From the IMG/VR virus record IMGVR_UViG_3300031994_005355: a stretch of 64,000 nt of DNA; one strand, written 5' to 3'. The position numbers and the translations under genes are program-made. Origin of the DNA: a virus (taxonomy: Duplodnaviria > Heunggongvirae > Uroviricota > Caudoviricetes). Of this stretch, positions 9,911 to 20,060 are shown piece by piece. The number at the start of each line of letters is the position of its first letter. Position 1 is the first letter of the stretch. Below the pieces are notes generated by a model, which was not told the DNA's origin, did not search any database, and saw nothing but the letters and a program-made list of their open reading frames with translations.

Positions 9911-10123
9911 ATGGAAAAGAAATATGAAGTACGTGCATTTGGCGTTGAAGAAATAATAGCAGCAAATAGTGCAAAAGAAGCAGCTTGTATAATAGCGCGT
10001 AAACATGGATACACATCAGTAAATAGAAAATATACAAATATAGGTTATGGAATAGAAATAGATGTACAGAGATATGATGCAGCTAATCATAATAGAGTAT
10101 ATTTCTATTCTGTAAAAGATTGA
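9911..10123 (+). CDS. hypothetical protein
   Basis: ATG 9911 (M16 of track ORF) after GAAAGGAAG. Confidence 0.4.
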   Translation: MEKKYEVRAFGVEEIIAANSAKEAACIIARKHGYTSVNRKYTNIGYGIEIDVQRYDAANHNRVYFYSVKD

Positions 10124-10137
10124 AAGGAGTTGATAAA

Positions 10138-10425
10138 ATGGTATGGCATAGGATACATGAAGAATTGTATAATCCTAATCTCACTATAGCACAGAATATT
10201 GCTAATGGTTGTGATATACCACCAGAGGATAGCGTACCTGTTCTTGTGCTTGAGTGTGATAAGCCTAAACCTTTTGTAGGAAGATTGCATTATGATGAAG
10301 AAGTGAAAATGTTGAGGTGGTATGAATCATTACATGGTTACCCCTATTGTGACACAAAATTCACTTTATGGACACCTATAGATTTTCCTTCACAAGATGA
10401 ACAGGAAGCTCTATACAAAAATTAA
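10138..10425 (+). CDS. hypothetical protein; stop codon coincides with IS left end
   Basis: ATG 10138 after GAAAGGAG; TAA stop at 10423-10425 is the first 3 nt of the IS end TAAACGCC. Confidence 0.45.
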   Translation: MVWHRIHEELYNPNLTIAQNIANGCDIPPEDSVPVLVLECDKPKPFVGRLHYDEEVKMLRWYESLHGYPYCDTKFTLWTPIDFPSQDEQEALYKN

Positions 10426-10517
10426 ACGCCGGGTCCCGTGGATAGCAGCGGAGCTTTAGCTCCGCTGGAGCGGGAGGCATCAAATGATAAAATAAATCTT
10501 CAAGAAAGGAGGCAATT

Positions 10518-12044
10518 ATGAGAAAAACTTGTCTTGTAAAACAAGTTGTGCGTATACGACTTTATCCAAATAAAACTCAACAGATATGGCTTGACTGTAA
10601 TTTTCAAAATGCAATTGACTATCATAATTATCTCCTTGCAAATATTTATGAAGATGACGTGGAAATTGATGAAGAAACTGGTGAAGAAAAAGATGTTATT
10701 AGAATAAACTGGGATACTATAAATAGTAAATATGGATTGGCAACATTACAATCTAAATTCCATTATGCTCTTAGAAATGTTACAGAAGATAGAATACGTA
10801 CAGATCGAAATAATTTAAAGATTACACAGTATTATCGTGGACGTACTATTGAAAATATTTATGATCAAGTATGCAATGACGTTAAAAAGAACTTTTGTAC
10901 ATTTTATCGTGATGGTAAAGGGAAACCAAGATTTAAATCAAACCGTGGTAGAGTAACATTTAGGATGCCACAAAATAGCCGTGACTTACATTTAGTAAGA
11001 CGCAAAGATGAAATGAATCATGATAATGGTTTTGATTTCAAAATTAATAGAATTGAGAAGAAACACAGCTCTAAATTATCTCATAATTTAGGTTGGTTAC
11101 ATATACCATCTTGCGGTGCTGGTAATGATAATGCTGATGATTTTATAAAGTGCTTTGCACCATGTAACATAAGTAAGGAAGATATCAGTTCTATCACATT
11201 TATACGTGAAGCATCTGGAAAGTATTACGCCACTATTGTATTACGTATAGGAAGAGTCTATTTATTTAAAAAGCAAGCACTTGATGATATGTTATGTGAA
11301 AAACAAGTAGGTGTTGACATAAATCTTTCACCTAAAACAAGAGTAGTTACTAGTACTTTTCAGGGTGATGTTACTGAGTTCAAGTTCGAACAAAAAGAAG
11401 AGATAATACAAGCACCAACACCATATAAAGATTATTTCTCCAAACTACGTAAAGAGCAACGTTCACTCTCTCGCAAAGTAAAGTTTTCTAAGAATTGGTT
11501 TAAGCAAAAACAAAAGGTTGCTCACATTCATGAAAAGATTGCAAATATACGATTGAATTTCAATAGACAAACAGCAGCCTATCTAACCAAGAATTACCAA
11601 TCAATCGCAATCGAAGATTTGAGTATTACTCAAATGAAACGTGGTCAACCACGTTGGTTCCAGAAGCTCTACAATGATGCTAACCTATACCAGTTACGAC
11701 AGTGTATTCGCTGGTCTTGTCTTAAGACAGGAAGAGAACTAAACTACGTTTCACCAGAGCATACCTCAAAAACTTGTCATGATTGTTGGTACACTAATCA
11801 TGATTTGAAACTAGGACAGAGTTCCTGGGTATGCCCTAACTGTGGGGTAATCCATCATCGAGATAGGAATGCTGCTAGGAATATCTACAGCCTTGCATGG
11901 GCCTATGACGAGGTTGAAGGTGAATTATTAGAGAATCAAGTAACCTATGATCCATTCGAAGAGCGACAGCCAGTAAATAATCTCTATTTCCTAGAAAATC
12001 TTTCAAAACGTATTGGAGAAGAAGTAACAACAGTTTCAGCTTAA
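10518..12044 (+). CDS. tnpB: TnpB (OrfB) RuvC-like nuclease, 508 aa
   Basis: RuvC-I VGVDINLSP, RuvC-II IAIEDLSITQM, Zn finger CHDCW...CPNCG, RuvC-III HRDRNAARNI. Confidence 0.85.
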   Translation: MRKTCLVKQVVRIRLYPNKTQQIWLDCNFQNAIDYHNYLLANIYEDDVEIDEETGEEKDVIRINWDTINSKYGLATLQSKFHYALRNVTEDRIRTDRNNLKITQYYRGRTIENIYDQVCNDVKKNFCTFYRDGKGKPRFKSNRGRVTFRMPQNSRDLHLVRRKDEMNHDNGFDFKINRIEKKHSSKLSHNLGWLHIPSCGAGNDNADDFIKCFAPCNISKEDISSITFIREASGKYYATIVLRIGRVYLFKKQALDDMLCEKQVGVDINLSPKTRVVTSTFQGDVTEFKFEQKEEIIQAPTPYKDYFSKLRKEQRSLSRKVKFSKNWFKQKQKVAHIHEKIANIRLNFNRQTAAYLTKNYQSIAIEDLSITQMKRGQPRWFQKLYNDANLYQLRQCIRWSCLKTGRELNYVSPEHTSKTCHDCWYTNHDLKLGQSSWVCPNCGVIHHRDRNAARNIYSLAWAYDEVEGELLENQVTYDPFEERQPVNNLYFLENLSKRIGEEVTTVSA

Positions 12045-12237
12045 TATAGTAACTCATAAATAAAAGCAAATCGCTGATAACGTCAACTATCCGTTTGTTT
12101 CGTACAACACGTGCTGGCATTGAGAGTGCCCACGTAAACGCCTATTCTTAAGAGTAAGCTAACACTCAACGTGCTCTACTTACTCTACGGGGTAGGAATC
12201 TCACGAGCTTTAGCTCGTGAGTACATTTCAAGATTAA
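12045..12237 (+). ncRNA. putative omega RNA scaffold of TnpB copy 2
   Basis: ~190-nt noncoding tnpB-distal segment ending in RE hairpin; by analogy. Confidence 0.4.
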
Positions 12238-12434
12238 ACAGTCATGTGAGATAGTTTGCATTCATGATCATGCTATTAATGCAAATAGTAATAAATGTAG
12301 TTCATTCCAGTGGGGTATCGATGTTCGCCCATTAGAAGCACACTGATTAATATAAGTAATAGTATGAATTTTCTTGAGTAGCATAAAATGTAAGACAAAT
12401 GGAGTCCAATAGACAGATGAAAGGAGTATGAGTC

Positions 12435-12764
12435 ATGAAAGTTTGGTATCTGTACTTTAATGAAGAAGAACAGAAAGTTGCATATGCAGAGTCGTCAATA
12501 CCCAGTATCAATGCAGACTGGTCAATGCCTAGCAACATTGACGAATGTAAATATGCATGTAATACAAATCTTGAGACAACATTTAAAGCAGTAGAAGGTT
12601 ACAATGATGATCTACGGTCTAGTATGCTTACTTTACATAAGTGCAAAGACTGTGGAATCTACTTCTTCACAAATGTAGATGAAGAAGAGTGGTACAAAGG
12701 AAGAGGTATGTCAATACCTAAGCGTTGTGAAACCTGTCGTCGTAAGAGACGTAAGTCTGCATGA
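12435..12764 (+). CDS. zinc-ribbon protein with KRRKSA tail (paralog of 9567..9896)
   Basis: Same length (109 aa) and conserved C-terminal zinc ribbon. Confidence 0.55.
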   Translation: MKVWYLYFNEEEQKVAYAESSIPSINADWSMPSNIDECKYACNTNLETTFKAVEGYNDDLRSSMLTLHKCKDCGIYFFTNVDEEEWYKGRGMSIPKRCETCRRKRRKSA

Positions 12765-12777
12765 AAGGAGATGAAAA

Positions 12778-13218
12778 ATGATAAATTTGAGATTAGATGA
12801 AAACAATGTTGATGAACTTCTTGATTTTGTGAAGGAAAAATATCCATTAACAAAAGAAGTTGCTTACAATATCTGTGTAGGAACACAACCTGTTTATCCT
12901 TGTACACAGGTATATGGTGCATTTTGTAATGAAGATGGTAAAAGTGAACTTGTAGCAATAATGACTGCAACATATTGTATTGTATTTCCGCACAAAGATG
13001 GTACTCGAATGGTTCATCTCAGCGGAGCATATACAAAAGATAATTTCAGACATCGAGGATATGCATCTGCTCTACTAAAGGCTATTGAAAGAGATGCAAG
13101 AGAATATTTCCGTGCAGATTATATATGTTGTGACTCAAAAGCAAATCAGTTATTCGAGAAAAATGGATTTCAAGAAGCACCAGCTGATGAATCACGATTA
13201 TGGAAACGATTGTCTTAA
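12778..13218 (+). CDS. GNAT-family N-acetyltransferase
   Basis: RHRGYASALLKAIE acetyl-CoA-binding motif A (R/QxxGxG/A). Confidence 0.6.
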   Translation: MINLRLDENNVDELLDFVKEKYPLTKEVAYNICVGTQPVYPCTQVYGAFCNEDGKSELVAIMTATYCIVFPHKDGTRMVHLSGAYTKDNFRHRGYASALLKAIERDAREYFRADYICCDSKANQLFEKNGFQEAPADESRLWKRLS

Positions 13219-13238
13219 CTTAATAAAAACGAAAGTAG

Positions 13239-13571
13239 TTGAGTATGACAAATGAAGAAGCTTATAACTTTGGAAAAATGTGGATGGAGATAAATGACGA
13301 TTCCAAAAACTCAAAAACATATAAATTCTTTGAACTTGCAGTTAAAACTCTTGAAGAACAGAAAACTAGTAAAGTATTACATGAGTTGTATCAGGAAATA
13401 AAAGAACAGTATAGAGTTGTATTTAAACATGACAGTCCTGATGATTGGTGTGTGAAATGGAATGAGTGTGTTGATGTTTGTTTAAATATAATTGATAAGT
13501 ATATGAAAGACTTTGCAGAAGAAAACGAGCAGCCTTTAAAGTTGTGCAGAAAGGATAGTGAAACAGAATGA
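13239..13571 (+). CDS. hypothetical protein
   Basis: ORF track. Confidence 0.45.
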   Translation: MSMTNEEAYNFGKMWMEINDDSKNSKTYKFFELAVKTLEEQKTSKVLHELYQEIKEQYRVVFKHDSPDDWCVKWNECVDVCLNIIDKYMKDFAEENEQPLKLCRKDSETE

Positions 13572-13870
13572 AATATACAGCAATCATTGATACAGACAAA
13601 TTTTCAAATTTTAAGTTCTTTGAGGATGCAGATGGAAAATATTTAGTAGCAAGGGACGCAAATGCAGAACCAGCTGAATGGTTACCTTTACATTTTACAG
13701 AAACATCTAATAATATCATAACAAGTGTCTTAAACAAATTGAGAGAAAGAATGGAAGAACGGGATAAGGATAATGGTGGAGAACCATTAAATATGGCAGA
13801 TAAAGGTTATCATCTAGCTGTTGAACACTTGAGTAAAGAAATAGATACAATACTCAATGAATCTAATTGA
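13568..13870 (+). CDS. hypothetical protein
   Basis: ORF track; ATGA overlap with upstream gene. Confidence 0.45.
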   Translation: MKYTAIIDTDKFSNFKFFEDADGKYLVARDANAEPAEWLPLHFTETSNNIITSVLNKLRERMEERDKDNGGEPLNMADKGYHLAVEHLSKEIDTILNESN

Positions 13871-13884
13871 AAGGAGATAAATGA

Positions 13885-14070
13885 ATGGCATTCATAAAGA
13901 ACAAAACACCAAAGATTGGTGATTGGGTAATAACAACTAGAGAATTTTCAAACTGTGCAGGTACTATGGAAATTGATACTAGAGTAAAGATAATAGACAT
14001 AGGTGAACGTGGTTATGATATTGTTGATGAAGAAGGTAACAGAGTTCTTGAAATAGGTTGGATAATTTGA
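13885..14070 (+). CDS. hypothetical small protein
   Basis: ORF track; AAAGGAG RBS. Confidence 0.4.
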   Translation: MAFIKNKTPKIGDWVITTREFSNCAGTMEIDTRVKIIDIGERGYDIVDEEGNRVLEIGWII

Positions 14071-14277
14071 ATGAAAGGAGATATCTAAATGTTCCATATT
14101 CAGATGATAAAGGATAACATGTATATAGATATGCCTAAGGATACAAAATTGGATTTGTTCGAGGCTTGTCATAGAGCAGAAATCTACAAGAAGAAAAATC
14201 CTTCAGCAATGTTTCGTGTTATCAATTCAGACAACCTTGATATCGAAATGGAAATCTAATTGAAAGGAGCTGATTAA

Positions 14278-14685
14278 ATGTCACAAATACATGTTAAGCT
14301 CGTGTCATACTCTGCATTAGATAATAGAATATGTGTGGAATCCAGTAAAGTTCTTGAACGTCAGAATATTGAAAAATATATTCTTGATGATAACAGCATC
14401 TATCATCTACAAGCACATGCTGGTGGTAATCACTATGGATATGGTGTTGTATTAAATGATACATGTATAATACTTACTCCATATGCATTTCCGCTTAGTA
14501 GACTAAGTTATTTCGACCTAAAAGAAATTTTAAAAGACTTAGTAGTAACTTGTGAAAAAGTATTAAGTACGGATATGGAGTCACTTGTGGACACAGTATC
14601 GATGCTTGGTCCTGGATCAAAAGAGTTAGAGTATCATGTAGCCTATACTAAAAATTCATTATATAATCAATGGGCAAAGTTATGA
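14278..14685 (+). CDS. hypothetical protein
   Basis: ORF track; AAAGGAG RBS. Confidence 0.45.
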   Translation: MSQIHVKLVSYSALDNRICVESSKVLERQNIEKYILDDNSIYHLQAHAGGNHYGYGVVLNDTCIILTPYAFPLSRLSYFDLKEILKDLVVTCEKVLSTDMESLVDTVSMLGPGSKELEYHVAYTKNSLYNQWAKL

Positions 14686-14717
14686 TGTAGTAATTCTTAA
14701 ACAGTTAAGGAGATATT

Positions 14718-15182
14718 ATGCAACATTATATTCACTATGGATCTGATGTATATGAGCCAGATATCATGGTTGCAAAACTTAATACTGAGATTAATAAATT
14801 GAATGTACGTGGTAAAGACTATCTTTCTATGTATAGAAAACCAGGAGGTTTATGGGCTTCTCCAATAGATGCTTCTTATGGTTGGAAATCTTTTTGTGAA
14901 GATGCTGACCTAGATAAAACAGATTTTGCTAGCTACTTCAAGTTCAGATTAAGTAAGAAAGCAAGAATATTGCATATACACTGTCTTAATGATATCCGTA
15001 AATATTTAACGGAAGGTAACATTGAAGGTGATAAAGCACTTAACTTTAAAAAGATTTATCGTAAATTTGATGGCATGGAAGTACATATGTCAGAGCATTT
15101 TGGTGAATTAAGAGATCAGTTTTACACTTGGGATTGTGACTCAATATGTATTTGGAATCCTAATATTATACAAATAATATAA
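14718..15182 (+). CDS. hypothetical protein
   Basis: ORF track; AAGGAG RBS. Confidence 0.45.
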   Translation: MQHYIHYGSDVYEPDIMVAKLNTEINKLNVRGKDYLSMYRKPGGLWASPIDASYGWKSFCEDADLDKTDFASYFKFRLSKKARILHIHCLNDIRKYLTEGNIEGDKALNFKKIYRKFDGMEVHMSEHFGELRDQFYTWDCDSICIWNPNIIQII

Positions 15183-15199
15183 TGAAAGGAGTTCATTAA

Positions 15200-15529
15200 A
15201 TGTCAGAAACAACAGTAAGATGCATTTATTGTGGAGCTGAGATAGATGAAGAACATTCTAACAATCCTTGGGACAATGGATTGCATCCTGATTATGACAA
15301 ATACACAGATGATAATCCCAAATATTGTTGTGGTAAATGTAATGTAGTTACAAGTATAAACCGTGCCTTGGCTGATATGATACATGCTGAAGAACCAACA
15401 CGAATTATACGTGTATTAAGACGAGAGGCAGACTGGATAGAAGAAAATATTAACGAGTTAACAGAATATTACAGAAAACGAAAAGATGATTGTGACAGAG
15501 CTAAACTTAATAAAATTGAAAGGAAGTGA
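15200..15529 (+). CDS. hypothetical zinc-ribbon protein
   Basis: CIYCGA...CCGKCN. Confidence 0.45.
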   Translation: MSETTVRCIYCGAEIDEEHSNNPWDNGLHPDYDKYTDDNPKYCCGKCNVVTSINRALADMIHAEEPTRIIRVLRREADWIEENINELTEYYRKRKDDCDRAKLNKIERK

Positions 15530-15534
15530 TAAAT

Positions 15535-16056
15535 ATGTTTGATATACGTTGTTTTGATATGAGCAAACTTGCAGCAAAAGTACAGTCACATATTGATGTT
15601 TTCTATGTAACACCTTCTAATGTTGTAGTAGGTGTGACTACCGGGCACACTATGCCGTATAGAGTAAATGAGGTTGATAAGCTTGACACAATAAGTCAGC
15701 CATATGATAATATTATCTTCATTAACATTCAGCCAGATAAAATATGTGTATTCAGTGATATGTACAGTAGTGACATGAAAGAGATAGCTGAATTTCTTGA
15801 GAGAGAACTGTGCATTTTCCGTACCAAGAGCTATTCACAGGACAAAGCATGTAATGTGGTAAAAGCCACAGTAGAGAATTTCTCGGCAAGAACACTCACT
15901 GAGCTTGCAGAAGCACTTACTAAAAAGCCCAATCTTGATATGCGTGATGGTTATTATGGAACTCTAGGTGAGAGAGCTTTCTTCCGTCTTGTTGAACTTG
16001 GACGTGTCAATATAGATGATGCTTTTGAAGATGTATTTGATGTAAAAGAAGACTGA
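15535..16056 (+). CDS. hypothetical protein (paralog of 17741..18235; shared C-terminal DGYYxTxGERAFFxLVE)
   Basis: ATG 15535 after GAAAGGAAG; C-terminal conservation with 17741 ORF. Confidence 0.5.
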   Translation: MFDIRCFDMSKLAAKVQSHIDVFYVTPSNVVVGVTTGHTMPYRVNEVDKLDTISQPYDNIIFINIQPDKICVFSDMYSSDMKEIAEFLERELCIFRTKSYSQDKACNVVKATVENFSARTLTELAEALTKKPNLDMRDGYYGTLGERAFFRLVELGRVNIDDAFEDVFDVKED

Positions 16057-16108
16057 CACAATTACTATATTAGTATTTGAATGATCATAATTGAAAGGAC
16101 GTGATGAT

Positions 16109-16813
16109 ATGTTAAAGACAAAATTCAGACTTACAGAGTGTGTATGGTATTATGGCACAGAATATCAGGAGATTGCAAAAACTGCAATCACTGAAGATGG
16201 TAAACGTCACAAGATACAGATAATGGATGATGGTACAGAATATTTCACAATAGACAATCCCTATTCAGAGGAAGAACGCTATGATGGTTTCTATGGTCGT
16301 ATAAAAGATGCAGTAAATGCAGTAAAGGAACACTATGCTGATTGCATCAAGGGAAACCCAGTACCATTAAGTATATTTCAGTCTGGGATATTTCCAATAG
16401 TACTTCTTGATCGTGATAAAGGCGAAGAGTTCTGGAAGAAGTCTATGGAAGGCTGGAAGAATGCCAAGTTCGGATATCAGATCAAATGTGGTGGAAAGAA
16501 CTCATTCTCTGGCTATCAACCTATAGACAAAGATGGTAACTTTAATATTAAAAATACCGAGTATTTTGAAACAAAAGATGCAGCTGAAGAAAAGATAAAC
16601 AAATTCATCGAAAAAAGCAAAAACGCTTATGAAAAATATAATGAAGCTAAAACTGAAGGTGAAAAGGATAAGATATGTGAATCACTATTCCCATGCTCTA
16701 TTGCATTCCATTTTTTAATAGAAATGCTTGATAATCCAGAAATAACAGACTTTCAGAAATTTCCAAACTTTGGATATGAAATCCAACAGTCACTACTACC
16801 AGCTGAAGCATGA
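16109..16813 (+). CDS. hypothetical protein
   Basis: ATG 16109 (M7 of track ORF which starts at TTG) after GAAAGGA. Confidence 0.5.
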   Translation: MLKTKFRLTECVWYYGTEYQEIAKTAITEDGKRHKIQIMDDGTEYFTIDNPYSEEERYDGFYGRIKDAVNAVKEHYADCIKGNPVPLSIFQSGIFPIVLLDRDKGEEFWKKSMEGWKNAKFGYQIKCGGKNSFSGYQPIDKDGNFNIKNTEYFETKDAAEEKINKFIEKSKNAYEKYNEAKTEGEKDKICESLFPCSIAFHFLIEMLDNPEITDFQKFPNFGYEIQQSLLPAEA

Positions 16814-16855
16814 TATGATAGGAACAAACTGACTATAAATAGAAAGGAATGTCTA

Positions 16856-17542
16856 ATGCGTATTATAGATAAGAACTATGACTTCTATGATTACCTATCT
16901 GACAATTCAGATACAATCGTATTTGACAGACGTGGTTCCTATATACTTAAAAGAGACACTGTCAAAAACGCATTGTATAACTTTGAGCGCTTCAAGAACA
17001 ACACTGAATACAGTTTCATACTGATACAAGCTGGAAACACCTTTTGGCTTATGTTAGTCACTCTCATGCTTACAATAGGTGGTCAGTGGCGTTACTGGCA
17101 TATTGATGATTGGTCTCCAGAATTACTGATTAAGTGGAAGAACTACAATAAGCCAAGCACGACTCTGAATGTCTCAGTTATCGAGCTTCACTATTTATAC
17201 AAGCTCTATGATAGAAAGACACATACTATAGTTCGTGACAATATAGTGAATAACGTCAATGATATAGTTGAAGCCATCAACAATAATGACTACAAAGTAA
17301 TAGCTGACTTGAATAAGAATCTTAACTATTATGGTCAGAAAAATAAGAATGCTATTCTAATACTGAGAGAATCCGGACTGTCAACTTCAATCGATCCTCA
17401 GGATATGTTCCTTGCTATTGAAGAACACCTTTCTCAAGAGATTACCAAAAATGAAAGGAGAGACCCGATAGGTATGACAAATGATATGAAGGTCACTAGT
17501 CATGGATTTGACACTGTTTATTCATTCAGGAATAAAAAGTAA
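16856..17542 (+). CDS. hypothetical protein
   Basis: ORF track. Confidence 0.5.
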   Translation: MRIIDKNYDFYDYLSDNSDTIVFDRRGSYILKRDTVKNALYNFERFKNNTEYSFILIQAGNTFWLMLVTLMLTIGGQWRYWHIDDWSPELLIKWKNYNKPSTTLNVSVIELHYLYKLYDRKTHTIVRDNIVNNVNDIVEAINNNDYKVIADLNKNLNYYGQKNKNAILILRESGLSTSIDPQDMFLAIEEHLSQEITKNERRDPIGMTNDMKVTSHGFDTVYSFRNKK

Positions 17543-17740
17543 TTTACAGTAATAAGGAGAAAAACAATATGGAAGATCCAAGAGGCTGGTTATGGGTTAT
17601 GCTTGGTTGGATTATAATTGGATTCGGTCCTTTTATTGTTGGTGGTATAATTTGCATAGTAATATTAATATTAGAGTTCAAGAATAAAAGGAAGAGAGAC
17701 AATTCTAAACGAAATACACAATGATAAGGAGGTAATACTA

Positions 17741-18235
17741 ATGTCACTGTTTAAAATTCTCGATGAGTATCAGATGGCAACACTACTTGGCCGCACAATA
17801 GCAGTTAGAATATTTGATGAAGCAAAGCTGATGCTTGTATATGTAACATCTAACGGATGTGTGAATGTAGTTCCATTTGATGAGTTATATGACTATGGTA
17901 CATGCAAAGGAGTAGTATGTATTGAATTGACACCAAGTGGTATAAAATTCTCAGGAACTGATGAATATTGCACTACAGAATTCAATCACTATGTAACTGT
18001 AGCACTACGTCCATATGCAAGAAGAATCTATCATCAGGACCTAGCTCTAGAAGCAGCTAAGAAAGCTGTGAAGAATGATACAGTCAGACTCTATAACGAT
18101 GCAAACTCTTTAACTACAAATGTAGGACTTACAGAGAGTGATGGTTATTATGATACTATCGGTGAAAGAGCATTCTTTGCACTCGTTGAACAGGGTGTAC
18201 TTGATGTTAATGTAGCTTACACACTAGGATACTAA
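17741..18235 (+). CDS. hypothetical protein (paralog of 15535..16056)
   Basis: Shared C-terminal block. Confidence 0.5.
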   Translation: MSLFKILDEYQMATLLGRTIAVRIFDEAKLMLVYVTSNGCVNVVPFDELYDYGTCKGVVCIELTPSGIKFSGTDEYCTTEFNHYVTVALRPYARRIYHQDLALEAAKKAVKNDTVRLYNDANSLTTNVGLTESDGYYDTIGERAFFALVEQGVLDVNVAYTLGY

Positions 18236-18442
18236 GTAGTTGATCAAATAGAGTTCAACATATACTCATTGGAAGGAGGTGATAAATCTATAATTTCAAA
18301 GAGATACGTAGTCTTATATGATTACAGCTATTTGTCACAATGAGATATCATCTAATAACTGCAGTGAATAAATCGTAATCAAGTAGATTTATGAGTGCAG
18401 TGAATGGTATTCACAATATTACCTTAAAGGAGGTATAAACTT

Positions 18443-19984
18443 ATGTTAATACAGTACGCAATGTTACCTGTAATCCTTATCATTCTTGGAGTTATAATCC
18501 TACTTACTATTTTAGCTTCTGGATATGTCAAGGCTCCACCTGACATGGCTTTTATCATTTCAGGTATGCATAAGAATCCACGTATTCTTATAGGACGAGC
18601 AGGAATAAAAATTCCGTTCTTTGAGAGAGTCGATCGTCTATATCTTGGACAGATGACAGTTGACATTAAAACTGAACAGCCGGTACCTACAAATGATTTT
18701 ATCAATGTAAATGTGGATGCTGTCGCTAAGATCAGAATTATCACGGATACAGAAGTTGAACTAAACGTGAATGGAAACGTAGTAAAGGAAAAAGGAATAC
18801 TCCTCGCATCGAAGAACTTCCTTAATATGTCACCTGATCGTATTGCAAACGAACTTATGGACTCCCTACAGGGTAACATGAGAGAAATCATCGGAACACT
18901 CGACCTACGTTCTATAAACACAGACAGAGATAGTTTCTCAGACCAGGTTATGGAGAAAGCTAGCAAGGACATGGCTAAGCTTGGTATCGAGATAATCTCA
19001 TGTAACATTCAGAACGTTACCGATGAGAATGGTCTAATCAAAGATCTCGGTGCAGACAATACCTCTAGGATTAAGAAGGATGCAGCCATAGCAAAAGCAA
19101 ACGCCGACAAGGAAGTTGAAGTAGCACAGGCTGAAGCAAGTAAAGAAGCTAATGATGCACGTGTCAGTGCTGAAGCTGAAATAGCTCAGAAGAACACAGA
19201 CCTTGAAATCAAGAAAGCTGAACTAAAGAAAATGTCTGAAACAAAGCGTGCAGAAGCAGAAGCAGCTTTTGAGATTCAGAATCAGATACAGCAGAAGTCT
19301 ATAAAGACAGAGACCGTTAATGCAGAGATCGCACAGGCGGAAAGAGAAGCAGAGCTGAAAGAGAGACAGGTTCTTGTGCGTCAGCAGGAGTTAGCTGCTA
19401 CTGTTGAAAGAGAAGCAGATGCTAAGAAGTATGCAGCTGAAAAAGAAGCAGAAGCAAAACTCATACAGACACAGAAAGAAGCAGAGGCAATCCTCTACAA
19501 GCAGATGAAAGAAGCTGAAGCAATCAAGGCACAGGGTGAAGCTGAAGCTGCAGCCATCAGTGCTAAGGGTAAGGCTGAAGCAGATGCAATAGCAGCAAAG
19601 GGTCTGGCGGAAGCTGAAGCAATGGATAAGAAAGCAGAAGCTTACAAGAAGTACAATGGAGCCGCTATGGTTGAGATGTTTATCAATATTATGCCACAGA
19701 TGGCTGCTGAGATCGCTAAGCCGCTGTCCACGATTGATAAGGTAAATATCTATGGAGGAAGTGGAGCTGACAATGGTGTGTCTTCTATGTCTGGGAACCT
19801 TCCACTTGTGATGCAGCAGGTGATGGATACTATGACTGAAGCTACAGGTGTTGACATGCGGGAGATCATCAAGGCAGGAACATATGATGCTAAGGTCAAC
19901 AAGAACGTGAATGTGAATGGTCTTGACAATCTGGTCAAAATTGAAGAGACAAAGGTTGAGAGTCCTGTGGAAGAAAAGAAATAA
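18443..19984 (+). CDS. flotillin-like SPFH/Band-7 protein (FloT/YuaG family) with EA-repeat coiled coil
   Basis: N-terminal TM, PPDMAFIISG, SPFH core, long EA/AEAEA repeat region, C-terminal GAAMVEMFINIMPQMAAEIAKPLSTIDKVNIYGGSG closely matching B. subtilis FloT C-terminus. Confidence 0.85.
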   Translation: MLIQYAMLPVILIILGVIILLTILASGYVKAPPDMAFIISGMHKNPRILIGRAGIKIPFFERVDRLYLGQMTVDIKTEQPVPTNDFINVNVDAVAKIRIITDTEVELNVNGNVVKEKGILLASKNFLNMSPDRIANELMDSLQGNMREIIGTLDLRSINTDRDSFSDQVMEKASKDMAKLGIEIISCNIQNVTDENGLIKDLGADNTSRIKKDAAIAKANADKEVEVAQAEASKEANDARVSAEAEIAQKNTDLEIKKAELKKMSETKRAEAEAAFEIQNQIQQKSIKTETVNAEIAQAEREAELKERQVLVRQQELAATVEREADAKKYAAEKEAEAKLIQTQKEAEAILYKQMKEAEAIKAQGEAEAAAISAKGKAEADAIAAKGLAEAEAMDKKAEAYKKYNGAAMVEMFINIMPQMAAEIAKPLSTIDKVNIYGGSGADNGVSSMSGNLPLVMQQVMDTMTEATGVDMREIIKAGTYDAKVNKNVNVNGLDNLVKIEETKVESPVEEKK

Positions 19985-20060
19985 AGTAAGCCAGGTAGAG
20001 TAGGCTTCCTAGCCTACTCTATACTACAAACTATATATTAGTTAAGAAAGGATACTCCCT

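Larger units (their letters stand above)
10423..12237 (+). mobile_element. IS605-family TnpB-only element (IS1341-like organisation)
   Basis: Left end nearly identical to copy 1 (aaacgccgggtccc + hairpin gcagcggagctttagctccgctgg), right-end hairpin tcacgagctttagctcgtga (~12201-12220); no tnpA. Confidence 0.7.

Noticed and set aside
14260-14280. Recurring TGAAAGGAG(N5-9)ATG motif at dozens of gene junctions as a possible dispersed repeat element
   Set aside because: It is simply a stop codon (TGA) overlapping a strong Shine-Dalgarno sequence, reflecting tight translational coupling rather than a mobile repeat.
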